Assembly (NCBI RefSeq): GCF_002571385.2
Contig: NW_019217793.1
Span: 1,229,054 to 1,293,053, forward strand
Source of the DNA: Stylophora pistillata
Lineage: Eukaryota
Reading direction: 5' to 3'
Length of the DNA stretch: 64,000 bases
Shown here: positions 50,162 to 62,745 of the stretch, one piece after another
Layout: every line of letters begins with the position of its first letter
Position numbering within the stretch: position 1 is the first letter of the stretch
Notes under the pieces: model-generated
Databases searched by the model: none
The model's input: only the letters and a program-made list of their open reading frames with translations
What the model was told of the DNA's origin: nothing
Position numbers and translations under genes: made by a program

Positions 50162-51459
50162 ATGGAACCGAACGATGGAGCAAATACAAACTATGATTTC
50201 TCCACTAACAGGTCAGTGTTCTTTTGCCCGAAATATAAAATGTTCACTTGGGACTTAGATGATAATACCTTGGCTTGGACCATAGTTGCAAGCCTAATGT
50301 TTCTCTCTTCCGTTACAATTCTATTGAATCTGCTGGTAATCGTAACAGTTGTAAAACGGAGAGACCTGCAGAAATTGTCGAATATTCTGCTCAGGAGCCT
50401 CGCTGTTTCAGATCTTCATGTTGGTGTTGTATCGATGCCGTTATCTGCAACGGTGGACGTATTAGTTCTCCACCAAATGTCCGTTGAACATATTTGTGAT
50501 TTAGACTTGGCGAATCTCAGCGTAATTTATTTCCTATCCGTATTGTCTCTGTATCACTTGACTATCATTGCATGGGAGAGAAACGTAGCGATACGGAAAG
50601 GCCTTCAATATCAGTTTCTCGTCACAGAAAGCCTTCTCATAAAACTCGCGATATTTGCTTGGCTGTTATCCTTGTTTACAGACCTTCCCGCCTTCATTCT
50701 GACAGCAATCGAGTTAGATATTGAGATAGTGAGAAACTGGGTCATCTTTAATTATGCTCTCATGACAGTTTGTTTGATAACTATTGCCTATTTCAACATC
50801 CTAAAAAGGAAGAAAAACAACATTGCACCTCTCACCGCAAACCGGAAAATGGAATCAAAGACTGCCAAGATATGTGATCCTACTGTTTACAGAAACGTTT
50901 CAGTCGAATTCAGCTTTCCGTCTAACGGTAACGCTAGTGCAATTGAATTCCTTTGTTATCCCTATACTTTACTTTTATCGAGACCGCCGTTCTTAAAAAT
51001 GCTGTTTTAGAGATACTGCGACTCAAGAAACCTCAGCCCATCCAACCACCAGTTGCTGCGATAATTGCCCGACGATGTAATCCAGTTGGATCGGTAGCTG
51101 AGCAGCATTGCATCATTGAAGAACCTTCTCTCCACGTGGCCAGATCAGGAACCATTGTCCTCGCCGCTGGTGAGTTAGACAGAGGTCATCTCTTTAGCGC
51201 CGGCTCCATGGGCTCCTCTGATGACCCTCGGGGACGGTGTGAAACTCTGAAAACAACTGCAGTCGTCCATCCTGAAAGAGCGTTGAAAAGCAAACCGGCT
51301 GTGATCCATGAAGAAAACGGCCCGGTCAACCTGAAATTATCCAGATCAAAATCTGTGGATACCGGAGTCTCTATGATGATCTATGATGATCTTAACCGAG
51401 ACCTGTACCTTAAACATGACAAAAATCCTCCTCGAATACATAGCTCGAAGTCAGAATGA
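50162..51459 (+). pseudogene. Decayed intronless rhodopsin-class (class A) GPCR
   Basis: TM1-5 with LNLLVI, NILLRSLAVSDL..G..SMP, IAWERN (DRY-like). TM6 is largely deleted near 50870. TM7 QLNSFVIPILYFYRDRR lies in a third frame, followed by a 1-nt shift near 50991 into KNAVLEILRL. Confidence 0.85.
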
Positions 51460-51496
51460 TTTAGCCTTACGAATGAGCCACCACCCAAAATTGAGA

Positions 51497-53288
51497 GGCT
51501 CTTTACACTGTCAATCCTAATGACGAACGTCTTCTGGCCCTCAAAGATTTTTTTGATCAACGCACTGTTAAGGAACTTAAATCTGAAACCCTAGCTACTT
51601 TTCTTAGCTGAACTAGGGCTCATACTCAATTGTTATTCATTCGGGGACAACTTTTTCAAACAAACCAACGGCGTAGCCATTGGTACCAAAATGGGACCCA
51701 GCTATGCCAATCTTTTTGTAGGTTTTGTTGAACACCAATGTTTTAGCCAATACTTTGGCCCCAAACCTGAACTCTACGGTCGCTATATCGACGACTGTAT
51801 CGGCGCTACCTCCTCTACCAGAGAGGAGCTAACTCAATTCATAGCCGCAGTCAATTCTTTTCATCCGGCTGNNNNNNNNNNNNNNNNNNNNNNNNNNNNN
51901 NNNNNNNNNNNNNNNNNNNNNNNNNNNNNNNNNNNNNNNNNNNNNNNNNNNNNNNNNNNNNNNNNNNNNNNNNNNNNNNNNNNNNNNNNNNNNNNNNNNN
52001 NNNNNNNNNNNNNNNNNNNNNNNNNNNNNNNNNNNNNNNNNNNNNNNNNNNNNNNNNNNNNNNNNNNNNNNNNNNNNNNNNNNNNNNNNNNNNNNNNNNN
52101 NNNNNNNNNNNNNNNNNNNNNNNNNNNNNNNNNNNNNNNNNNNNNNNNNNNNNNNNNNNNNNNNNNNNNNNNNNNNNNNNNNNNNNNNNNNNNNNNNNNN
52201 NNNNNNNNNNNNNNNNNNNNNNNNNNNNNNNNNNNNNNNNNNNNNNNNNNNNNNNNNNNNNNNNNNNNNNNNNNNNNNNNNNNNNNNNNNNNNNNNNNNN
52301 NNNNNNNNNNNNNNNNNNNNNNNNNNNNNNNNNNNNNNNNNNNNNNNNNNNNNNNNNNNNNNNNNNNNNNNNNNNNNNNNNNNNNNNNNNNNNNNNNNNN
52401 NNNNNNNNNNNNNNNNNNNNNNNNNNNNNNNNNNNNNNNNNNNNNNNNNNNNNNNNNNNNNNNNNNNNNNNNNNNNNNNNNNNNNNNNNNNNNNNNNNNN
52501 NNNNNNNNNNNNNNNNNNNNNNNNNNNNNNNNNNNNNNNNNNNNNNNNNNNNNNNNNNNNNNNNNNNNNNNNNNNNNNNNNNNNNNNNNNNNNNNNNNNN
52601 NNNNNNNNNNNNNNNNNNNNNNNNNNNNNNNNNNNNNNNNNNNNNNNNNNNNNNNNNNNNNNNNNNNNNNNNNNNNNNNNNNNNNNNNNNNNNNNNNNNN
52701 NNNNNNNNNNNNNNNNNNNNNNNNNNNNNNNNNNNNNNNNNNNNNNNNNNNNNNNNNNNNNNNNNNNNNNNNNNNNNNNNNNNNNNNNNNNNNNNNNNNN
52801 NNNNNNNNNNNNNNNNNNNNNCAAAAAGTTATACATCGGCGAAACAGGAAGACGACTAGGTGACCGATTCCGAGAACACCTTCGCGACGTAGAAAGGAAT
52901 GACAAGGACGCATCCAAACCAGTCGCTAGACACTTTAATTTACCTAATCATTCTAAACAACATATGGAAATCTGCGGTCTTTCCTTACATTTAGGCAACA
53001 CGGAAAGCCGCAAAACTCTTGAACAAAAGTTAATCTTTCAAATCGGCACTCTTAATCTCACAGGTATCAACGAACGCTTTTCATTCCACTAATTTATTCG
53101 TGTTTTTCTCGTTGCCATGTTCCCACCAATGGCGTACCTCCGCTTCTACATTTAAACCCACATAGAGCCCACAATTCCTCCATTCGCTCTAATGAAGGGC
53201 TAACGCTCGAACGTCAGCTTTTTTATTCCATCACGGTGGCCAGTTTACAATTTCAACTGAGTTGATATAACCAAATTACCTTGTTACC

Positions 53289-53323
<35 letters not shown>

Positions 53324-53335
53324 TTTAGCCTTTGA
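51497..53335 (+). mobile_element. Penelope-like retroelement (5'-truncated, degenerate RT + gap + GIY-YIG + terminal repeat)
   Basis: KQTNGVAIGTKMGPSYANLFVG..YGRYIDD (RT). After the gap: YIGETGRRLGDRFREHLRDV..VARHFN..GINERFSFH*. Confidence 0.9.
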
Positions 53336-53496
53336 TCTAACAGGCTGTGTGTTGAAAGCTTTATTGATAAATTGATCGTACTGATTCGATATGGTGTCTT
53401 CAAATCATGACTTGATAATGAAGTGTTCACCTGCTGAAAGACAGGCTTGCTCAGTTAAGGCTACTAATGTAAAATATTCATTTTTATGCATAAGAG

Positions 53497-54232
53497 TTGA
53501 CAAGTGTTGTTACTACTGAACGCGAGTGCGCATGTGCCAGTTTGGCCAACATTGTGTTTGACCATGCAGCTATACCAGCCCTTCAACAGCAGGATATTGT
53601 GCAAAGGCTTGGCTCCCTGCTGACTGGTGATAATAGAGGTATCCAGGAAGGTGCTGCTGGTACATTGAGGTACAGTATACCTGTCATATCATCTGCTAGA
53701 CGTGCACTCTTGTTAAAATGTTATTTTTGAGATCAAAGATTTTGCTCAGTCCATTCAAATCTTATCCTGAAGCACAGATCTTTTTTATTCTATTTATTAG
53801 AAAATTGTCTTCTGTCTTGATGTAGGAATCTGAAAATTTCCTGGTGATCCTTAGGTGTGAGTTAAAATGGTACATTTAGAACAAGATGCCATGATTCCAC
53901 TTACCACACTTGCATAGCAGGTGTGTGTTACAAATTAAATCATGCAATCAATTATTTTTTTAACTTGAAAAGCATTTATTGTTTTCATCATCTCAACCAG
54001 TCCCCACAAATGTACCATGCTTATTTATTCCAAGTGCCTTTCTGTGCATTTTACTTGGATGTACTCACTCTCAATGTTTCTTGCTGAAATGGAAAGAAAA
54101 CTGAATCGCATCTTTTTCTTTCAGTCTCTTGATTCCATGGGTGGTATTGATAAGACTCTGAGGAGTGGGTTTAAAAGACAGTCTACAAGCTTGGCCATTC
54201 ATGCAGGCTGTAAGCTCACAAAGGAATATCTG
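53497..54232 (+). pseudogene. HEATR3: HEATR3/Syo1-like N-terminal ARM fragment (three exon remnants 53497-53669, 53826-53920, 54125-54232)
   Basis: ERECACASLANIV..IPALQQQDIVQRLGSLL..IQEGAAGTLR|NL and EQDAMIPLTTL resemble HEATR3 (RECACAGLA..VRRLGPLL..ETAAGALRNL..DIMTPL) as I recall it. The second remnant has stops and a frameshift; no start exon or downstream exons found. Confidence 0.7.
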
Positions 54233-55603
54233 GTGAGTAAAAATTCTACACAAAAATCAGTGTAGCTTTAGTCACTTGAATTGACAGAAAGAAGAATCAA
54301 AATCCCTTAACCCCTTTAGCATCTAATTTCTCTATACATTATCACTACTGAATCAAACATAAAGATTATGAGAAAATAGGATATGATCACCCAACCAAGA
54401 AGCTCTCGATTGTTAATAAATTCTCCTCGTCAGTATCATAGGAAATATATTCTTGCAAAGTTTTTTGTTGAGATTTACGAAAGATATTCCCTTTTCCTCC
54501 TTAACAATTCTATCGGAATTATGTGTAAACTAAGATGTTGAATGCGCCTCGGCGGAGAAAGGGACAATTAAAAATGTTCGAATCCTATGTAAGGAATTGA
54601 GCTGCAGTCAGCTATGATTTCGCACTCAAATACTCCAACAACTCAGCCATAGAGAACTCGTCGACGAGTGGAATTAGGAGACATCTGACCTGCTATGATC
54701 AGCAATGTTGAAAACATTCAGCATTCTTTTTGCTTGACCTGTAGAGACTGGTCTCCTCTTATTAAGACTCAAGTTCAGTTGAAGGTCATGATAATCTCTT
54801 CAGACGTGTATATATTTAAAATATTAATGGTTTGCTTTATTACATTTTAGTTCACGACTAATATAGCCTTTGTAAAATTATAACTAAATAGGGTGATTCG
54901 TCGAGTAGAAGATTGATGATTGAGATACAACATCCGTTGGCAGCAAAGGTCTATGGTTTTGGCTTTCCCCGATCTTTGCAGTAAAAAACGAGTGTATTGT
55001 CATATATTCAAAGCCTTTAACTTATACTCTGAGTCCTTTGAATATCTTCCAAAAGAACTTTTATCTCCTACTAGCCTGCGAAGTGATTGTACTTTTTTTC
55101 TAAAGAAATTTACGAGGGCTTATTTATTTTCAAATGGCATTCAAAATCTGTGATCGATTGCATCAAGATTTACAATCAATTAAACCGGTTTTAAACTCCT
55201 GCCTCCAATTTCAACTTTGTGCCCTCCATTTCTACTCCCTATATTGTTTGCATTAAATTCTTAAAACTAAATTGCAAGGCGAGAATGTAAGAAACGAGAA
55301 TTACCCGAAAGCTCTTGAGAGCTACATGTATACCACGGGTTAACATCTCATTCATCTAAAACTAATTCCAGATTTCAATTTGGCTTTAAATTTTTGAAAA
55401 ATTCTCAGCAATTACTTTTCATTTTGACTGGTCAAAGAGACCTCGTATCATATCCAAACATCAAATCTTAATAATGTTGTTGCTGCCACGAATTGCAACA
55501 AGAGTGTCGGCTCTCAGTTTGGGAAGCCTTGTCTTTTTTACTAAATGGCGTCCAATCAGTCCTCTGGATTCGAAGCTTTTCTTCAGTGTCTTCTATGTAT
55601 AAA

Positions 55604-58600
55604 TCAGTAAACCTGTTGAAAAGAATACGGAAAAAATTCGCATAAGAGACGACCAATCCTATCCCTAAAGCCAACAGCAATGATCACTTGGTAGAGCGAT
55701 CAATTGGTTGAGCGCTGCACTAGTATCGCAGAGGTCAGTGGTTCGAATACCGTACAGGCCTGATTTTTTTCAGGTCTGATTAGCGCTATATATATTGCAT
55801 GAAAATAGCGCTCTCTACTGCGAGGATCGAGCATCAGACGTAACAATGATCACGTAGCTTATCAAAAAAAGCGAGCAAGTTCCCTTGGAAACTTTGTTGC
55901 TGTGTCAGTGGAAAGTATAATAGGATAGTTTGATTTTATTAACTGAATTGACAACTGATATTATTACAGGGCTACACCAGAATAAAATACGGTAATTTTT
56001 TCTGAAGAACGATCTCTGGCTAAAACAATTATAAATTTACGAACTTTCGACTGCCTAAAATGCAGTCCTTGACGGGTAATTTTTTTTGTAATTTCACATT
56101 TTACCCGTTCTATTATTACTCGTTCTTAAAAAAAGCATTTTTTCAACATGAATTGATATAATGTCAGCTGGCCGCTGTAGTTAATAAAAGAACACTCACT
56201 TTAGGCTCGGCATTCATGTCTCCATCTTCACCCTCATCTTCCTTTGATTTTGTTCCACCGGTCTCTCGATATCTGATGTCAGACCGAAATGAATCAGAGT
56301 AAAATCTTGACAATTTTAAAAATTTGCGCACATGCAGGTGCAGTAAGGACGAAAAGCTATTGGACGCGAACTATTTTGTCTTCATCCTTATTTTTCCTCG
56401 CTCTTTTCTCATAACATGGACCTTTTCCATGTTGCTTCGACCTTTTTTTTAACAAACTTTTCATTTTCCGACCTCTAAAGCATGTGTACCTCCATCAGAA
56501 ATGCAAAAGATTACTTAATAGCCTCATTACCTTCTGACAAAAATAAAGACTGCCCAAACTGTGCCGGAAACTGCAGCTCCAAACGCTACAACTACCACAA
56601 CAATGTATGCTGTGACGTAAGCTGTAGAGCAAAACAATATTACCATAAGGTCGTTGTTGTGGCAAGTAGGATAAATATCGTAAGAAATATACAACATTTT
56701 TTTAGAGACATGTTTCGGCATGCTTATGCCATCTTCAATCAATGAATAACTGAACGTGAGTAATTATATAACAGACAAGTAGATGAATAAGATATTTACA
56801 GTATGATGTAATACAAAAGCGTGTACTAATTACAGCGTGAAAACAAACATGAAATTAAAGGTGTGAACTAAAATGCTAGAAAAGTGTTATAATGCTGTAA
56901 TTGTTTGTTAAGTTCAGGTTTGATCTTATATATATAAAAAGCTTCTTTAAAACAATATTAATAGAAATTAATTAAAAGATGAAGGAGAGATTGCTTCTTG
57001 GGCACTCGTGCGCAGAACATGGCCGTACAAATGCGCTGCACACCTGCAGGTTGGCTAACCCTCCTATCTTAATCATTTTTGTTGTTCAAATGGATTTTTT
57101 TTTCTCGATGCTCATAAGTTAAGCATACTCATTGAGATCCTAACCAAATCTCTAAAGTTTTTAAACTGTTTCCATCAACCAACTCTCGTGCGTGGATCAT
57201 GACCTTACAAATAGACCACAACTCTGAAGTTTTGTTAACCCTCTATAATTTAAAACTTCTTCTTTAATTAGTTTTGTTATAATTCACACATATTTTTTTT
57301 TTTTTTTGCAATGCTCGAAAGTTGTACACGCACAGAAAATTCCAGTCATTACTTGTGGGTCTCAATAAGGTTCACCGATAGCTGTAGAACGGCTCCAAAA
57401 TTTAGCCGTTAGGCGTAAAAATGAAAAATTTCAACCAATAGTCGTAAAAAAAAGTTAACCATTAAAAAAAAAATTCTGCTGACAACAATGGAATGATGCT
57501 TACCTCTAGCCGTAGAATGGCCAAAATTTTAACAGTGAGCCTTAAAAGTCATCATCCCATTGAGACCCTTTTATTTATCGCTTGGGATGGTCGGTGGATT
57601 TTTTTTGGGAGGGGGGGATCACAGGGTTTTCAGGGGGAACAGAGGGGGCCAAAAGTCGTCACCAACACAGTATATAGGGGGATTTTAAATCTGACTGCCA
57701 ATGAGCTGCTAATGAAGGGGGAGGGGGGAAGGGGGTCATAAGAATTTTACCGAAACTAATGGGGGGATTAGTAAATTTTGTCGTCACAGGACCAAAATTT
57801 TCCGACCCCCACCCCTGAGGCGATAGATAATTACTAGTGCCCAACAATTTTTCTCTTTTTTTTTTAATAATCACGACAAATGAAATTCTTACCTTTTCTA
57901 TTTATATCGTTTCTGACCATAAGAGATATCTTGACGTCATTCGTTGAGATACCAGTTGTTATTTTGCACAGTTCTTCACTGAAGCACTTGACGCCATAAC
58001 ATTTAGCATTGTCCATATATGCCAGCTGGCAACGTTTACTGGCGCAACATAACGACATGCATTCCTCCATGTCTTTAACAGCACCGAGGAATGTAAAATT
58101 CCCAGCATGCAGCTGACCTTCCAGAGTAGCATTCTGTACCACGTCGCTGTGCAGTAGCTGGGCTTTTCTACATACGGGGTTTTGATTTATGGCGAGAGGA
58201 GGACCAGAACGCGTGGCTTACATGAAGAAATAAATGAACCATTGAATTGATGAGTATCGTCCTTTATATTAAACACTTCTTGTAATCTCATAGACTTACC
58301 TCTATAAAGTCCAAAGAATGAATCATTTCCTGTTGGTGCGAGCAAAAGACATATTTAAGTTCCACTGTCATTAAACTTTCACACAAAGACCTTTATCTAA
58401 AATATAACGTAAGCAAAGCAACCTTTCTCCGATGCCTTTTATATTGGGGCCTATCATTATATTTAGAGAGATGACGGCCTCGAAATCGTGACCTGCAGCG
58501 AAAATTGATCGGAATTTTTGTGCAGTTAATAGCTTTGCCATTAAATTGTACCAGACGTTAAAACCGTCAAACCAACACTGAAAAATCAGTAAATAAAGTT

Positions 58601-58847
58601 ACATTTGCTTGGATATAAGTGCTTCAGGGTATTCTCGGCAAATTCCCGCGGTTTGCAACGAAAACCATAGTCCTTTACATTTAACGGCTGGGGTAAAAAA
58701 ATCTTTTCATAGGAAAATTACGAACCCCATATAGATTATAAGGTTATGAATATAACTGCGTCTCCATGGCCTACCTCTTGCTGGTGTCGTTACCAAGAAG
58801 GCGAACGCTAAAACTATGGTGGTCACGAAAAATGAAAGATTGTCCAT
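55604..58847 (-). CDS. Small type I membrane protein with one MANEC-like 8-Cys domain (~199 aa; exons 58847-58775, 58329-58300, 58216-57893, 56621-56531, 56272-56200, 55612-55604)
   Basis: SP MDNLSFFVTTIVLAFAFLVTTPARG; domain C..QNATLEG..AGNF..CMSLCC..C.LAYM..CYGVKC..LC; TM YIVVVVVAFGAAVSGTVWAVFIFV; acidic tail. All junctions GT-AG and in phase; last exon tentative. Confidence 0.8.
55690..55820 (+). repeat. Isolated copy of the tRNA-Thr-like repeat
   Basis: gagcgctgcactagtatcgcagaggtcagtggttcgaat..gtacaggcctga matches the 28445 unit. Confidence 0.8.
56643..56948 (-). mobile_element. Second-family Penelope-like 3' end with 12-bp TSD
   Basis: Near-identical to 29591-29880; TSD aaaacaatatta at 56631-56642 and 56949-56960. 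Confidence 0.85.
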
Positions 58848-60525
58848 ATTTTCCTAATTGGTTTGCCTGTTTTACGCCAATCCAAGCTAAAAGATAATCG
58901 ACGATCGCAGAGTATTGACGAAGTATAACACCACAATGGTTTAGACTTCTCTGTCTCATTCAAGAATCGCCATTCTCTTGGTAATCCCCTTGCACTCCTT
59001 ACTCTTGCCAAGTCACTTCCGTAAATCTACGCTTCCAAGAAAGAAGCTCTGGATAGTTTCAGATGTAGCGAAATAATCTTTTTACAATTTTTCTGACAAG
59101 TTTTTCCTCTTTTCTCTTGGTAAACAATACATTAAAATTAAATGGAAGAAAAACAATACCAATGACGTAGGTTAAATGGATGAACCACCAAATTCCATTT
59201 AGATAATACAATCCTTTCATTGTAAACCACCCTGGAAAAACGAGCTACAAAATTCAGTTTTGAACTCCATTACTCTAAAAGAAGGCTATTAACTGAGGTC
59301 TTGAGTTGTTCTAAAAATAAGGAGTGTATGAACATCGTGAATTTTAGTTTTTTTTTTTTAATTCGAATGTATGAGAATTTACTTGTGAGCAATCGTACCG
59401 TGACGATAAACCAGTCTTAAAAGCAACGGGTGACCTGCCGAAAGTCAACAATCGAAGCCAACAACCCGAACATTAGCCGATTGTTCGACAAGTTAGTCGG
59501 AATTGTCTTCGGGCGATCCTCGTTTCCGAAGCAAAGTCTCCTATGTAATAGGTCCGTGTTTTGATTGGCTTGCCTAGGTCGGAAAACGATATTGCATACT
59601 GTACATCGATAGCGAGCGAAACAAAAAAAAAAAAAAAAACTTCCAAGTGTCTGCGAAATTGATCATTTTAGATGTAACAATCCTTGCAGTTCGCGTGCTC
59701 GTTTTGCTTTCTTTCTTTTTCCACGTCCCTAAAAACTCAGTCATTGTTAAGTCCTGGCTTAACCATTAAATGTTTTCGATCAACATCGAGTTTGTGGCTC
59801 ACAATATAGGGTTGGCTGGGCGCGTAAACATTCGCTCGTGAGGCAGAAGTTTGGGGAAAAGGGTGTGATCTGTAGATCAAATATGGTTCACTATTTAAAT
59901 GCAATGTTGAGAGAGGGCGCCTAAACCGTCAAACATGATGTTGGACGAAAATGTTTGATCATTTAGCTGGGACTTCATCATTTGAAATAATAATTACATG
60001 AAACAACAACAGTATTAACCTCCCTAAATAGCCGCAAAGGGCGATAAAAACAACGGAGCCATGCTTCTAGTAGGATAACAGTAATGTATTAGTTTAGGGG
60101 CCATCTGCTTACAGCCTTGCAGGCGTCAAAAATAGTCGTAACTAGTGTAATTTCAAGTGCAATTGTAATATTTAAAAAAAGCTTTCGAAATCTGATTCTA
60201 TCTATACAGTTTAATTTGTTGGTAACATTTTAAGTGCTGATATTCTTTGTCTGTTGATCAGAACAACCTTGGGGCACAAAAAAATTCAGCTTTAATTGCA
60301 TTGGGATTATGACTTCAATTAATTATTTTCGCCTGGAGTTGTAATTTCAACACACTTTTACCTTAGTTTTCTTTATATATATATATATAAAACTTAACCG
60401 CGAGCTGTTGAATAAAATATTAACGAATTTGCGGCAGTTTCACGCGCTTCGCATGGACAAATTAAAAATAGGATTAGGCTGCCAACATAAGTGATACCTT
60501 GCTTTCGTTTTAGTAAACAAGACTG

Positions 60526-60969
60526 ATGGCGTCTTTGAAATTATTTCTAGCTGCAATGTTTTTGTTGTTAACAGCTCCAAATGAAGCTTGGAGTGAAGAA
60601 GACAATAATAGTGAAGAAAAAGTTGCCGATGCCAAGGGAAGAGAACGAGCAACTTCGCTTGGGAAAGATAGGGGAGAAATCGGTGGGATAGGTGGTACGA
60701 AGGTGGAGATATATGAAACCAAAAGAAGCGGCACGACAAGGGACGAAAAAGACTCTGAAAACGAACAAGTCGATCCTAACCTAGATGGCCTGATTCTCTT
60801 AGCCTGTTTCGTTGGCTTAATTGCATTCATTGTATTTCTACGATTCCTGTGCTGTACAATCGAGCAATGTGAAGAAAAAGCCAAGAAGTCCTATGCTACG
60901 AAAGAAAAAGTGGAGCACACAGAAAAGGAAATAATTTTACAGGGGATGAAATACAAGGTCTTGGTTTGA
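60526..60969 (+). CDS. Small single-exon type I membrane protein (147 aa), family unknown
   Basis: SP MASLKLFLAAMFLLLTAPNEA, charged ectodomain, TM GLILLACFVGLIAFIVFL, juxtamembrane CC. TA-repeat/TATA-like run at ~60374-60391; AATAAA at ~61155. Confidence 0.75.
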   Translation: MASLKLFLAAMFLLLTAPNEAWSEEDNNSEEKVADAKGRERATSLGKDRGEIGGIGGTKVEIYETKRSGTTRDEKDSENEQVDPNLDGLILLACFVGLIAFIVFLRFLCCTIEQCEEKAKKSYATKEKVEHTEKEIILQGMKYKVLV

Positions 60970-62745
60970 ACCTCAGTGGTTTTCCCAATTAAGAGGGATT
61001 CCTAAGACTCAAGAGAGAGAAGAACTTTTTCACCAGAATATCAAATTCGCTGTGGAGGAATGAAATTTACCCCCATGGTTTGAATTTTATAGGACTTATT
61101 TATAACCTATCAACGAGAAAAGACCTATTCAATCAGGAAATGAAGGGCCATTTTAATAAAGCCTATTGACTAAGCACTGACAATTTGTCGTGGATATCTT
61201 CGATGTGGAATCTTGGACTTAAAGTACTTTTGTTTAGGCGCGTTGGCCCAATACAGCTGTCTGTATTGTGGTCAGGAGTCTCTGAATCGCCAAAGTACAG
61301 ATATCGATTGGACTGTCTATAGAATCTTCTTTTGGACTAGAAAATCTTCATTTGTGCCGAAAACTTCTGTTATTTTTAAGTAAAATAAGAGTTATGAATT
61401 AAGAAATAGCACCAAGAACTGCAAACTTCGCCACAGTGTTTTTTTTAACATTTTCAGCTGCCACAACAATCAGATATGCCGGCAAAATAGTTTTAATTTG
61501 ATGATTCATAATTTTGATACCTATATCGTTCCGAACATTCTTTTTATCGCAAACCAAGACTTGAAATACGCCCGAGTTTAAGGCTGTCACTGCGATGGTG
61601 TTGCGACAGATAAAATGAAACACTATTTAATGATCATTAATATTTAAGGTGAACTTATTCACATCCGTTAGAAAAAACTAGAGCATGTAACTGAGAAAAA
61701 CTTCGACAATGGATTGATCTCAATAAATTGAGCATCACTTTTCAGCCGCGAAGATCTTGGCCGATTGCTTGAAAACCTCTGAGAGTTGTTTTTTTTTTTT
61801 TTGTTTTTTTTTGTTTTTTTTTTGTTTTTTGTTTTTTTACTTTTTGCAGTGCTTTGCTCTTCTGCTTAGGATAGAATTTTCCAATAAATCAAGAGATTCC
61901 CAAGATCGCTCTTCCGAGCTCCGAAGTTGTGCTAGAAAAAATTGATCAACACCAAAGAGCCTAAGAGGTCTGAGAGCTGCGCCTGCAAGCGCTACCTGCG
62001 AAACACGGACAGCTTCATAGGCTGTTGAACGCGGAGCGGGGTAACTCATGTCCCTGCGTGGCTTGCGACACGAGCAGGTTTGCGTTGATCGTGTTACCTG
62101 ACGGGAAGCATGCGGGTTTCGAGCCGAAAGGAAATTCGAGCGAGCGAAAATGAGATTTCGCGACAGTTCCATCACACACCTCTCGCACGCTCCCCCCTCG
62201 AATTTCGTGGTTTTTTTTTTGCAGCCTACAGCCTACAGGCAAGTCCTGCAAGTTGAGTGAAGAGTATGCACGCAACACCCCATTTGGAGATCAGAGCATA
62301 ATCGTTAATCTAACGTGTCTTCCGTACTCTTAGCAATTAAAGACAAACACAGAGATCGCCAAATTACTTTTATTATTGGTCAAGAAAAATATTTTAGTTC
62401 TTTTCTTTGTTCAGCCGTAGAGTGATTTAAAATTTTTTCAAACAACTCGATGCCGACTAATACCTGAAATATATCGAAAAGCCTACGATAAGTGTTATCA
62501 AAATTTCTTTCTAGATTAGAGCTAAAGCGTTTTGAAAATTACCACAAACAAAACAATTTCAATAAGACCACCATAGGCAACAGCCACAAAAATATCAAAA
62601 AACCGATAAAAATAAATATCCATCGTTGCCATCATCACCCTTACATGTTTTTTCAATCAATCATTTGCATCATTACCTAAAGTAATTAAATTATTTCCGC
62701 ACGATATTGAAAAAGTTCTCGAAAGCGTTCGATTACAATATAATA

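Noticed and set aside
51691-52917. Long ORFs of 350-390 aa (and 27996-28454)
   Set aside because: Artefacts of translation through N gaps.
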